DNA of 18,426 bases. It comes from Chthonomonas calidirosea (GTDB lineage Bacteria; Armatimonadota; Fimbriimonadia; Fimbriimonadales; Fimbriimonadaceae). Where the stretch lies: NCBI GenBank assembly GCA_945859975.1, contig CAMAPH010000049.1, positions 1 to 18,426 on the forward strand. Reading direction: 5' to 3'. Of the stretch, positions 1 to 9,128 are shown piece by piece (the first letter of the stretch is position 1; each line of letters begins with the position of its first letter). A model generated the notes under the pieces. It was not told where the DNA came from. It was given only the letters and a program-made list of their open reading frames with translations, and searched no databases. The position numbers and the translations under genes are program-made.

Positions 1-115
1 TCGTTGTACTCGTAAAAACCGCAGATGAGCTGCCCCACGTAGAAATACGTGTTTTGAGACTTTAGTGAACAGTCAGAAGATCTTCTCGTTTCCACCGGCT
101 GGAGAGTTCAATCCC

Positions 116-619
116 ATGAAACAAACTTTGATTTTCTTAACCATTGGCGTCCTTGGCGTCGCGTTTGCTGTTCAGTCCGGAAACACTGGAGTTCGAGGTG
201 CCGGCGTTGCCGAAACGACCGACGGCAAGAAGGCCGAGGTCAAATTGAAACTGGTAAACCAGGCGAAGGAAGGCAAGGTCCTTCTCTTTGGCGAGCTAGA
301 AGCTCAGGCGTTCAATCGCAAAGAGCAAACCACCTCAATCATCCGCGTCTCCCCGGCCAACAATCGCGTTCCGGTACGCGGCAAGCTGAAAGTCGACGGT
401 AACGTTGCTACCCTCGAAGCCCTCGGCGTTCTCACCGTCCGCTCCAAGTCGAAAGTGGAACTGTTCGAAGGCACAGTCCGCGCTCGAATCGAAGACAGCG
501 CGGTCGAGGGTCAGGACAAGTTCAGCGTGAGCTTTAAGAAAGGCAGCCGCAGCATCTCCTTCGAGGGCATTGTCAAGAAGGGCAACCTCATCGTCTGGAC
601 CGGCGGCTCACAGCCGTAA
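116..619 (+). CDS. Secreted beta-rich hypothetical protein (167 aa)
   Basis: Start moved from 65 to ATG 116: GGAGAG (101-106) precedes it and MKQTLIFLTIGVLGVAFA reads as a signal peptide. Mature part has an alternating beta-strand pattern. No family recognised. Confidence 0.8.
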   Translation: MKQTLIFLTIGVLGVAFAVQSGNTGVRGAGVAETTDGKKAEVKLKLVNQAKEGKVLLFGELEAQAFNRKEQTTSIIRVSPANNRVPVRGKLKVDGNVATLEALGVLTVRSKSKVELFEGTVRARIEDSAVEGQDKFSVSFKKGSRSISFEGIVKKGNLIVWTGGSQP

Positions 620-641
620 TCTAACCGAATCCAGTTCGTTT

Positions 642-669
642 GAGCAACCTGCAATTTTGCAGGTTGCTC
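642..669. repeat. Perfect 13-bp inverted repeat in the intergenic gap
   Basis: GAGCAACCTGCAA (642-654) TT TTGCAGGTTGCTC (657-669). Flanks CAGTTCG (632-638) and CGAACTG (669-675) are also complementary. No U-tract on either strand. Confidence 0.75.
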
Positions 670-711
670 GAACTGATGAACGCGGTTAGATTAAGATAAC
701 GTCCAAAGCGC

Positions 712-2070
712 GTGAGTACTGAAAAACTGCGAAACAAAACAATCAAGTGGCTTGTGCTCGGGATTCCCGCTATCCTGCTTGGAACCTGTGTCATCGGCGG
801 AGTCTTCGCGGTCCAGAATTCAAAAAACGCCCGCGAAAACGAGCTCAACCTTCTCGCAAAAGCTGGCCTTCCGCGAGACTTTAACGAAGTCAAACACACT
901 CCCGATCCCGAGAAGGACGCCGGAGAGTTGCTGGAGCAGTTCGAAGCTGCACGACGCGCAGCGGAAAAGACGGATGCAAGTCGAAAGCTGGCTGCCGACC
1001 GAACCGGCGACGCCGAATTGCGACGAAGCTACCTTCGCGAAAACGAAAAGCTTGTCCGGCTGCAGGAACAGATACTCGCGAAGCCAGAACTCGCAACCCT
1101 CACCGATCCAAGCAAAGGCACCGCGCTTCTCTTCCCCCAACTCGCTCCGAGCAAAAACACCACCCGCCTAGCCCTCACGCAGGCCGAGTTGCTCGCCGCC
1201 GATGGCAAACCTTCCGAGGCCATCCATAAGCTCACGAGCGCGGTCAAGTTCGCTTCCGTCGTCAACACCGACTCAACGCTCATTACCGAACTCGTTTCCA
1301 TCGCCATGCGCGCGATGACCCACCGAACGGCGATGCTTATCTTCGCGGAGCATTCGGAGCGGGCAGACGTGCGAATGGCGATGGACAAGTACATCAAAGC
1401 GGGAATTCCAAACGTGGATATGCGCCGAGGACTCAGTTCAGAAGTAGCGCTCGCGATCGCGAGTGAAGAGTCCATGAGATCCGGCAAGCTCAGCCTTCAG
1501 GAACTTACCGGAACCGCCAGTGACAACGACCAAGTTAACTCGAACGTAAGAACGATCGAGAAGATCATTACGCTGCCGGGCGTGCGTGAGATGCTCTTCA
1601 CCAGGCTCTATCGCCACTACCGCCAAATGTACGAAAGCATTCCCGCCGATAGACAGAAGCAACGAGAGCGAATAGCCGCCGCGCAAGCCGCAGACACTGA
1701 AGTTGATAGCATGAACCGGACCACCGATTTCATGGTCCAAATGTTCACCCCGCTCTTTAAGCAAGCCTTCCAGGCCGAGGCGAAGACCATCGCAGAATGG
1801 CGCAGCCTTAATGCCATCCTAGCCGCCGCCGAAGTTAAAGCAAAGACCGGCCGCTATCCTGCCAAGCTACCGATCTCTGGCCCCGAGTCGATTGATCCCT
1901 TCACCGACAAACCACTGTTCTATAGGGCAACCGCAAACTCAGTTAAGGTCTACAGCGTCGGCCCTGATGGAAAAGATAACAACGGCTTGCTATTCCGGCC
2001 GACTCGAGGTGACTCAAAGGATTACGATTCCGGCTACAGTATTCCGTACGTAGTCCCCAAACCAAGTTAA
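712..2070 (+). CDS. Membrane-anchored helical protein with C-terminal GspG/T2SSG-like domain, paralog 1
   Basis: 452-aa ORF with a basic N-terminus plus hydrophobic segment. C-terminal KTGRYP...DPFTDKPLFY...VYSVGPDGKDNNG resembles the GspG GxYP...DPWG..Y...SxGxDG pattern. Homologous to the next two ORFs. Confidence 0.85.
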   Translation: MSTEKLRNKTIKWLVLGIPAILLGTCVIGGVFAVQNSKNARENELNLLAKAGLPRDFNEVKHTPDPEKDAGELLEQFEAARRAAEKTDASRKLAADRTGDAELRRSYLRENEKLVRLQEQILAKPELATLTDPSKGTALLFPQLAPSKNTTRLALTQAELLAADGKPSEAIHKLTSAVKFASVVNTDSTLITELVSIAMRAMTHRTAMLIFAEHSERADVRMAMDKYIKAGIPNVDMRRGLSSEVALAIASEESMRSGKLSLQELTGTASDNDQVNSNVRTIEKIITLPGVREMLFTRLYRHYRQMYESIPADRQKQRERIAAAQAADTEVDSMNRTTDFMVQMFTPLFKQAFQAEAKTIAEWRSLNAILAAAEVKAKTGRYPAKLPISGPESIDPFTDKPLFYRATANSVKVYSVGPDGKDNNGLLFRPTRGDSKDYDSGYSIPYVVPKPS

Positions 2071-2097
2071 CGAATCACTTCCAGTGATCAGTGCGGC

Positions 2098-3462
2098 ATG
2101 CGAAAGTCAACTAAGCGACTTCTGATCGGGATCCCACTTGCGACGTTTCTCCTATGTGGCGGCGGCCTACTCGGCTTTGCCCACAAATCCCGCACCGACC
2201 GGGATCGAGCCATCGCGCGACTGGCAGCGGTCGGTTTGCCGACGGATCCCGATCAGATAAAGCACATTCCCGATCCAGCTAAGGATGCCGGCGAGCTTCT
2301 CGAAAAGTTTGATCGCGCTTTTTTGAAAGCGCGAAAGGTACCCGCATACTTCTCCTTTTACATACCGAACTTGAAATCCGCGAGGGCATTTGTAAACGCC
2401 AACCCGCAGCTTGTTCAGCTCAGGAAGCAACTCTTTACAAAGTCGGAGTTCGCAACACAGCTCGAACCCAGTATGGGACATCAGCATGAGTCTGACGGTT
2501 TTGCGCCCCTCGCGATCGTAGTTTGGCTCGGGTTAGCTGAAGCCCAAGTCTTATCGGCTGACGGTGCAGCCGAGATGGCCATCGACCTTTGCACGGAAAC
2601 GACACAATTTGTGCACTTGCTCAACTCTGATCCTAACCACACTGCCGAGCTTCTCAGCGTTTCTTTGCAGCAAGCAGTTAATCGTCACGTGGCTGATATT
2701 GTTGAGAGCAATTCTGAGCGGGCCGAGGTGCGTCGGGCCCTACAGCGTTATCTCTACGCGAGTGTCCCGAAAGTGGACTTCCGTCGGGCAGTTATTGAAG
2801 ACTTATCGAACGCCCTTGCTCTCGAAAAGGATGTAACCCAGGGCAAAGTTGATTTAGTTGCATATGATGAGTCGATCAACGGTGGATACGCCAGCATTAG
2901 CGAAGTAGGAAAGCACAGCCTTTATCGAGTTAAGGGTGCGCCAGATATGCTCTTTGCGAGACTGTATGAAGGTTTTGCAGACTTGTACGCACGAATTCCC
3001 AAAGATCCGAGCCAGCACAAGGAGCGAATCGACGTTGTCACACGATGGGATATGGTCGTTTCTGACCAAAGGTCACCTAACTCGTACTTGCTGCAAAGCC
3101 TAATGCCGCAGTATAGCTATGGTTTCAAGTCCGAAGCAAAGCTCACCGCTGAGTGGCGCACCCTCAACGCCCTGCTTGCCGCATCTGAAATCAAAGCCAA
3201 AACGGGCTGTTATCCAACAAACCTTCCAGTGACTGGTCAGGACGCCAGCGATCCCTTTACCGACCAGCCACTCAAATACCTGGTGAAGGACGGCAAACTA
3301 ACGATCTACAGCGTTGGCGATGATCTCGCAGACAACGAAGGCAAATTGTTTAAGATGAGCTACCTCGCCATTCCAGGGTCATCGGCTCCTCCAAATGATA
3401 TCGGCTTCAGCATCCCAAATGACGTGCAGAATCAGGAATTGATTGCCAAGAGAAGGAACTAA
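2098..3462 (+). CDS. Membrane-anchored helical protein with C-terminal GspG/T2SSG-like domain, paralog 2
   Basis: 454-aa ORF. Shares GLP...PDPxKDAGELL and AEWRxLNAxL...KAKTGxYP...DPFTD.PL.Y...YSVGxD motifs with its neighbours. Confidence 0.85.
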   Translation: MRKSTKRLLIGIPLATFLLCGGGLLGFAHKSRTDRDRAIARLAAVGLPTDPDQIKHIPDPAKDAGELLEKFDRAFLKARKVPAYFSFYIPNLKSARAFVNANPQLVQLRKQLFTKSEFATQLEPSMGHQHESDGFAPLAIVVWLGLAEAQVLSADGAAEMAIDLCTETTQFVHLLNSDPNHTAELLSVSLQQAVNRHVADIVESNSERAEVRRALQRYLYASVPKVDFRRAVIEDLSNALALEKDVTQGKVDLVAYDESINGGYASISEVGKHSLYRVKGAPDMLFARLYEGFADLYARIPKDPSQHKERIDVVTRWDMVVSDQRSPNSYLLQSLMPQYSYGFKSEAKLTAEWRTLNALLAASEIKAKTGCYPTNLPVTGQDASDPFTDQPLKYLVKDGKLTIYSVGDDLADNEGKLFKMSYLAIPGSSAPPNDIGFSIPNDVQNQELIAKRRN

Positions 3463-3470
3463 AGACTAAC

Positions 3471-4826
3471 ATGAAAAAGTCAACCAAGGTGCTTCTCTAT
3501 GGCATTCCCTGCGTCCTGCTCCTCAGCTGCGGCGGCGGCCTCCTCGGCTTCGTCCACAAGTCCCGAACTGATCGCGACCTCGCCGTTGCGCGACTAGCCA
3601 AGGTCGGCTTGCCAACAGACCCCGATCAGATCAAGCACAAACCTGATCCAGATAAGGATGCGGGTGAGCTTTTGAAGCAATTCGAGACGATTTATTCCGC
3701 TGCAGAAAAGACCCCGGTCGGGCGCGCGTACGGCAAAGGGCCTGGAAAAACAATTCAAGCGCGACGCGCCTTCTTCAACGCCTACCCTGAGCTTGTTCGG
3801 CTCCGCAAAGAACTGTTCACAAAAACGGAACTCGCGACGCAGTTAGAACCAAGTCTAGGCGACGAGCAGCTGTTCCCCCAGATATCTGCTTGGAGTGTCG
3901 TTGGCAAGTTTGCGATTTCTGAAGTGTTAGTTCTAGCGGCAGATGGAAAGCCAGCCGATGCCCTCGAACTTCTGGCACAGGCGGCAAATTTTGTGAAGTT
4001 GATCGACACTGACCCGATCAAAGTTGGATCGGTGATGGGGATTAGTAGAGCACAAACACTCAATCGCCAAGCTGCAATTATCTTTTCCGGACATTCGCAC
4101 ATGGTCGAAATTCGGCAAGCAATGAGAGCGTACTTGGAGTCAAGCACTCCTACCACCGATTTGCGACAGACACTAGTAGCAGACGTCTCTGATGCCCTTG
4201 TTCTCGAAAGAGATGTCCGAAACGGCAAAGTTGAAATTGATAACTACTATGACTACGAGGAAGAACCAGAGCAAAACATTGTCGATCGAGGCCTGAACCA
4301 ACTTTACAAAGTCCGAGGAGTTTCTGACATGCTTTTTGCCAGGCTCTACGCTGGACAAGCCGAACTTTACGAAGCAATTCCGAAGGACAGGAACCTTCAT
4401 AAGCAGCGAATTGAAGCTGCAGAGGCATGGGAAGACCGAAACTCCACCCTAACTGGTCCAAACTCAATATTGCTAACCACTATTGGCCCATTTATGGCAA
4501 ATGCTTTCAGAGCCGAAGCACAACTCAAAGCCGAATGGCGCACCCTAAACGCCCTACTCATCGCCTCCGAAATCAAAGCAAAAACCGGCACGTACCCACA
4601 GACCCTCCCCGTGACCGGACAAGACGCAATCGACCCGTTCACCGACAAGCCGCTCAAGTACATCCTGAAGGGCGGCAAGCTCACAATCTACAGCGTCGGC
4701 CAAGACCTGTCCGACGACAACGGCCTCCTTTTCGTCCCAACTACGCTGTCTTCAAGCGGATCCCCATCCCGCGCACAGGACACCGGCTTCAGCATCCCTT
4801 ACGTCGTCCCCCAACGACTGCAATAG
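3471..4826 (+). CDS. Membrane-anchored helical protein with C-terminal GspG/T2SSG-like domain, paralog 3
   Basis: 451-aa ORF, 8 nt after paralog 2, with the same motifs. LLLSC is lipobox-like. Confidence 0.85.
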   Translation: MKKSTKVLLYGIPCVLLLSCGGGLLGFVHKSRTDRDLAVARLAKVGLPTDPDQIKHKPDPDKDAGELLKQFETIYSAAEKTPVGRAYGKGPGKTIQARRAFFNAYPELVRLRKELFTKTELATQLEPSLGDEQLFPQISAWSVVGKFAISEVLVLAADGKPADALELLAQAANFVKLIDTDPIKVGSVMGISRAQTLNRQAAIIFSGHSHMVEIRQAMRAYLESSTPTTDLRQTLVADVSDALVLERDVRNGKVEIDNYYDYEEEPEQNIVDRGLNQLYKVRGVSDMLFARLYAGQAELYEAIPKDRNLHKQRIEAAEAWEDRNSTLTGPNSILLTTIGPFMANAFRAEAQLKAEWRTLNALLIASEIKAKTGTYPQTLPVTGQDAIDPFTDKPLKYILKGGKLTIYSVGQDLSDDNGLLFVPTTLSSSGSPSRAQDTGFSIPYVVPQRLQ

Positions 4827-4934
4827 CCGCCCCGTATTTTTGACTGATCCACGTGGCCACTCTAGCCGAAGCGCCATTCCTCCCGTACCATAGCGTTGCG
4901 AAATGCTCCTCCAGGGCTGTTCGGCGGTGAATCA

Positions 4935-7298
4935 ATGGAGAATCTTCGTACCGCGACTTGCGGATTTTTGCTTTTTGTCGTCTGTTCCGCGTTTGCCCAA
5001 GAAGTGCCGGTCGTCCAGGCCGTTGCTTCAAGTGAGCAAGCGAGCTATCTTGGCCCCCAAAATGTCATCTCAAACGATGGCCTAACCGAAGACCCACCGA
5101 GCAGCGGAAACTTCCGTTACTCCAACTCTTCCATCGACTACAACTCGTCCTACGGAACCCCGAACGACGAGTCCCCCCTCATCCACTTTGATTTCGGCAC
5201 CAAGCGAACCATCGGCTCATTCCGCGTTTGGAACGCCAACGGCCCCGGCTACAACTGGCGCGGCTTTCGGGGCGTGACGATTCAATACAGCAACGACGCC
5301 GAAGTCTGGCGCACCATGCCGGAGCGAATGACCTTCGCGAAGGGCCCCGCGACCAACGACTACTTTGGCGAACTCAAGACCCTCCCGCGCTCCATCCACG
5401 CCCGCTACATTCGTTTCTGCTGTAACTCCACCTGGCGAGACTTTGGCGGTACCGACATCGCCTCCCTCGGCCGAGTCAAGTTCTACACCGGTACCGGCAC
5501 CACCCCCGAGCCCTACCCCGGCCCAAATCCACCTTTCCCCGCGGACGCTGGCGTCATCAACGTTAAGCTGGCTCCATATCTGGCAAAGGGCGATGGGGTC
5601 ACCGACGACACCGCCGCCATCCAAGCCGCCATCAACGACTGGCAGGGCCAAGACCGTTTGATCGTCCTCCCCGAAGGCACCTATCTTGTCTCCGATACAT
5701 TACGCTTTGCTGCGAATACCACCACAAATCGAAATTGGATCTACGGCAGAAACCACCTCATCGGTCAAGGCAAAGGCACGGTCATCCGCCTGAAGGACAA
5801 CACGTTCACCAACGTATCGTCGCCCAAACCGGTCATCGCGAACGGCCTGATCTCGTTCTGGAATGGCTCCTTTGAGCAAGTCACCGCCGACTGGTTCAAC
5901 AACTCCATCGTAAATCTCACCATCCACACTGGTACCGGAAACCCCGGGGCGGTCGGAATCGAGTTCTACTCAAACAACACCGGCGTCGCCCGAAACCTCC
6001 GCATCATCTCCGGCGATGGAACCGGCGTCATCGGCCTCGATCTGGCCCATGCCGACCTCAACGGACCGCTCCTTGCCAAGAACATTTTCGTTAGCGGCTT
6101 CAGCACTGGCATCCGCACCGGTCAAACCGTCAACAGCCAAACCCTAGAAGACATCACCCTCGTCAACCAAAGCGTAACGGCCCTGGACAACAACGGCCAG
6201 TGCATCGCCATTAGAAATCTCCGCACCTCGGGTCCAGCACAAGGCTTTCTGAACCGCTACGGCTTCGCCACCATCGTGGATTCGCAGTTCAACGGCACCG
6301 GAGCGGCTTCAACCTTATCTGCCATCAGCAACGGGGAGTTCCTAACCGCCCGTAACATTAGCGTCAGCGGCTTTTCCCAAGCCATCCAGAACAATCACGG
6401 CACCGGCCCGAACGTCCCCGCCAGTTTCACCGGCGACTACCTCTCGCACCCTTCCACCCTCACGCTGTTCTCCGGAACCGCAACAACCTCGCTCAATCTC
6501 CCGGTCCAGCCGACCGTCTACGCCGAAACAGAAGCCGCGAACCGCTGGGTGAACATTCGCAATTACCGCCGGACCAACGAAACCGATGACTCCGGTGCCT
6601 TCCAGCGCGCCATCGACACCAAAGCCACTACCCTCTACTTCCCCGCCGATGCCAGCATCGTCCTGAAGTCGGATGTCATCGTCCGAAGGCGCGCGCAAAC
6701 CATCTACGGACTCCACGCAAACATTCAGCAGGTCAACGGCGCCAAGGTCATCGTTTCCTCCGGTGTGCCCGCTACCGTGGTCTTCGAAAGACTGAAGGGC
6801 ATTACCATCGAACACGCCGCGACGCGCGGCGTTTCGGTTATCGATTCAGAGGTGAGTCTCCAAGGAACCAGCACGGGAGACGTGTTCCTTGACAACGTTG
6901 GCGGATCGTTTGCGTTCGGGGCGCAAAACGTCTGGGCGCGTCAACTTAACTCGGAACCTGAAGGACTCAAGATCACCAACACCGGCGGAAACCTCTGGAT
7001 TCTCGGCCTCAAAACCGAGCGAGCCGGGACCTTGATCCAAACCACTAACGGAGGATCGACCGAAGTGATCGGAAGTCTTTGTTACACCACAACAAACGGC
7101 ACTGACCCGATGTTCACCGTGGTTGATAGCCGCCTCAGCGTGTCCATCGCCGAAGTCGCCTACGGGCCAAACCCGTACGGAATTCTCGTGCGAGAAACTC
7201 GCAGCGGAGTAACGCAAGAGCTACTCCGCGGTGGTGCGCCATTCCGGTTTAGCTTCATGAACGGAAGCGCCATTCCCCTGTTCCGCGCCGGCAACTAA
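4935..7298 (+). CDS. Secreted discoidin (F5/8 type C-like) + tandem beta-helix glycan-active enzyme (Pectate_lyase_3 / GH55-like)
   Basis: Signal peptide MENLRTATCGFLLFVVCSAFA|Q (start 4935 preferred, TTG 4896 possible). Discoidin motifs IHFDFG...IQYSND..W...ARYIRF. Two beta-helix cap motifs, VINVKLAPYLAKGDGVTDDTAAIQAAI and WVNIRNY...TDDSGAFQRAID, as in two-domain GH55 enzymes. Confidence 0.85.
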   Translation: MENLRTATCGFLLFVVCSAFAQEVPVVQAVASSEQASYLGPQNVISNDGLTEDPPSSGNFRYSNSSIDYNSSYGTPNDESPLIHFDFGTKRTIGSFRVWNANGPGYNWRGFRGVTIQYSNDAEVWRTMPERMTFAKGPATNDYFGELKTLPRSIHARYIRFCCNSTWRDFGGTDIASLGRVKFYTGTGTTPEPYPGPNPPFPADAGVINVKLAPYLAKGDGVTDDTAAIQAAINDWQGQDRLIVLPEGTYLVSDTLRFAANTTTNRNWIYGRNHLIGQGKGTVIRLKDNTFTNVSSPKPVIANGLISFWNGSFEQVTADWFNNSIVNLTIHTGTGNPGAVGIEFYSNNTGVARNLRIISGDGTGVIGLDLAHADLNGPLLAKNIFVSGFSTGIRTGQTVNSQTLEDITLVNQSVTALDNNGQCIAIRNLRTSGPAQGFLNRYGFATIVDSQFNGTGAASTLSAISNGEFLTARNISVSGFSQAIQNNHGTGPNVPASFTGDYLSHPSTLTLFSGTATTSLNLPVQPTVYAETEAANRWVNIRNYRRTNETDDSGAFQRAIDTKATTLYFPADASIVLKSDVIVRRRAQTIYGLHANIQQVNGAKVIVSSGVPATVVFERLKGITIEHAATRGVSVIDSEVSLQGTSTGDVFLDNVGGSFAFGAQNVWARQLNSEPEGLKITNTGGNLWILGLKTERAGTLIQTTNGGSTEVIGSLCYTTTNGTDPMFTVVDSRLSVSIAEVAYGPNPYGILVRETRSGVTQELLRGGAPFRFSFMNGSAIPLFRAGN

Positions 7299-7828
7299 GC
7301 CGCGCGGAACTTGCGGCGTTGGGCCGTCACGACCTCGGTATTCATCCCCGCCATATGGAGCGCGCCGCTGTAGCGGCCGTGCTCCATCTTGAGGCACTTA
7401 TCCATGACCACCGTCACACCCGCCTCCAAACCTCGATGAGCCGACGGCAAATCGATAATCCGCAACTGTGTCCAAAGCGCCGGAATCCCAAGTTCCAAAA
7501 CCTGATCCAGCACACCCGCGATCTCCGAAGGTGCACGAAAAACTATGACTACATCTACCTTTGAAGGAATCGACTTCATATCCGGATAGCTTTTCTCTCC
7601 GAGAATCTCATCCGCGCGAGGATTCACCGGGATCACCCGATACCCCTCATCCTGCAGGTACGACCCGACCATGTTCGAAGCCTTCGTCTTCTCCGTCGAA
7701 AGCCCAACGATCGCAATCGTCCGAGCCTCCCGAATCAGCCGCTGAATCTCTGTTCCGTTCTGAAAAAGCTCCCGCTGCTCCGGCGTCAGCCGGGTGTTTA
7801 GGCGAATATCACATGCAATAGCGGCCAT
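7295..7828 (-). CDS. CoA-binding protein (YccU / CoA_binding_2 family)
   Basis: RTIAIVGLS...S..V..YLQ..GY.VIPVNP...ILGEK.Y...W.QL...V.MDKC.K.EH. Start set at ATG 7828 (MAAIAC), 8 nt after the metY stop, with GAGAG upstream. Confidence 0.9.
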   Translation of the reverse strand: MAAIACDIRLNTRLTPEQRELFQNGTEIQRLIREARTIAIVGLSTEKTKASNMVGSYLQDEGYRVIPVNPRADEILGEKSYPDMKSIPSKVDVVIVFRAPSEIAGVLDQVLELGIPALWTQLRIIDLPSAHRGLEAGVTVVMDKCLKMEHGRYSGALHMAGMNTEVVTAQRRKFRAA

Positions 7829-7836
7829 GGTTTCTC

Positions 7837-9126
7837 TCAAATACGTGCGAACGCTTGGTCCAGGTCCCAAAGCAGGTCATCGATGGTTTCCAGCCCAACC
7901 GACAATCGGATCATTCCTGCGGTGATTCCACCGGCCAAAAGCTCCTCGTCGCTCAACTGCTGGTGCGTTGTGCTTGCCGGGTGAATCACCAAGCTTTTCG
8001 CGTCACCGACGTTTGCCAAGTGCGAGAACAACTGTAGCGATTCGATAAACGTTTTACCGGCCAGCCGAACATCCCCCGAAGAAGGCGAAATCTCAAACGA
8101 CATCACCGCGCCAGGCCCCTTCGGCAAGTACTTCTTCGCCCGATCAAAGTGCGGATGGCTCTCAAGCCCGGCGTAATGAACCTTGCTCACCCGCGGATGC
8201 GCTTCGAGGTATTTCGCAACCGCCAGGGCATTCTGAACATGCCGATCCATTCGCAGCGACAGCGTCTCTAGACCCTGCAAAAGCTGGAACGAGTTGGTAG
8301 GCGAGATACAAGCGCCAATGTCCCGAATCGTCTCGGCTCGCAGCTTCACCAAGAAACCGTAATGGCCAAAGGTGTCAAAGAACCGCATCCCGTGATACGC
8401 CGGCGAAGGATCGGCAATCGAAGGATTCTGCGAGAAATCGAAATCGCCCGAATCCACCACCACGCCGCCAATGCTCGTCCCGTGGCCACCAATAAACTTC
8501 GTCGCGGAGTGCACCACAATCGTCGCTCCCCACTCAATCGGTCGACAAAGGTACGGCGTGGCAAAGGTACTGTCCACAATCAGTGGCACCCCGACTGATT
8601 TCGACAAAGCCCCCAAACCTTCAATATCCGGAATGCTGTTCACCGGATTCCCGATCGTCTCGACAAACATGGCGCGAGTCTTCGGCTGAATCGCTGCTTC
8701 CCAGTCCGCCGTGTTGGAAGGATTCACGAACGTCACCGCTACCCCAAGCTTCTTCAGCGTGTGGGCGAACATCGTCATCGTGCCGCCATAGAGCTGGTTC
8801 GACGACACGATGTGGTCTCCGGGCGAGCACAGCGTCATGATCGTGCTGAACTCCGCCGCCATCCCACTCGCCACCGCCAACGCCCCGGTTCCGCCTTCCA
8901 GCGAAGCCATTCGCTCTTCAAAAACCGCGTTGGTTGGGTTACTGATTCTGGAGTAGATGTTCCCGTACTGCTTCAACTCAAACAGGTGCGCCGCTTCATC
9001 TGCACTTCCGAAAACGTACGAAGTCGTCTGATAAATCGGCACCGCCCGCGCCCCCACGTGCGGGTCCGGAATCTGCCCAGCGTGGAGCATCCGCGTCTCA
9101 AATCCAAAACTGCGTGCGTTACTCAT
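7837..9126 (-). CDS. metY: O-acetylhomoserine sulfhydrylase / aminocarboxypropyltransferase
   Basis: FET..LHAGQ, PIYQTTSY.F, GNIYSRI.NPT, ASGMAA, PLP-lysine motif HSATKFIGGHG, LANVGDAKSLVIHPASTTHQQL, RLSVGLE. Confidence 0.95.
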   Translation of the reverse strand: MSNARSFGFETRMLHAGQIPDPHVGARAVPIYQTTSYVFGSADEAAHLFELKQYGNIYSRISNPTNAVFEERMASLEGGTGALAVASGMAAEFSTIMTLCSPGDHIVSSNQLYGGTMTMFAHTLKKLGVAVTFVNPSNTADWEAAIQPKTRAMFVETIGNPVNSIPDIEGLGALSKSVGVPLIVDSTFATPYLCRPIEWGATIVVHSATKFIGGHGTSIGGVVVDSGDFDFSQNPSIADPSPAYHGMRFFDTFGHYGFLVKLRAETIRDIGACISPTNSFQLLQGLETLSLRMDRHVQNALAVAKYLEAHPRVSKVHYAGLESHPHFDRAKKYLPKGPGAVMSFEISPSSGDVRLAGKTFIESLQLFSHLANVGDAKSLVIHPASTTHQQLSDEELLAGGITAGMIRLSVGLETIDDLLWDLDQAFARI

Positions 9127-9128
9127 GT

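Noticed and set aside
1..64. Possible start of a minus-strand gene (VGQLICGFYEYN...) running off the left edge
   Set aside because: Too short to support from this window.
2098..4826. Diversity-generating retroelement TR/VR in the paralog repeats
   Set aside because: Differences are not adenine-specific, many are synonymous, and there is no RT or avd gene.
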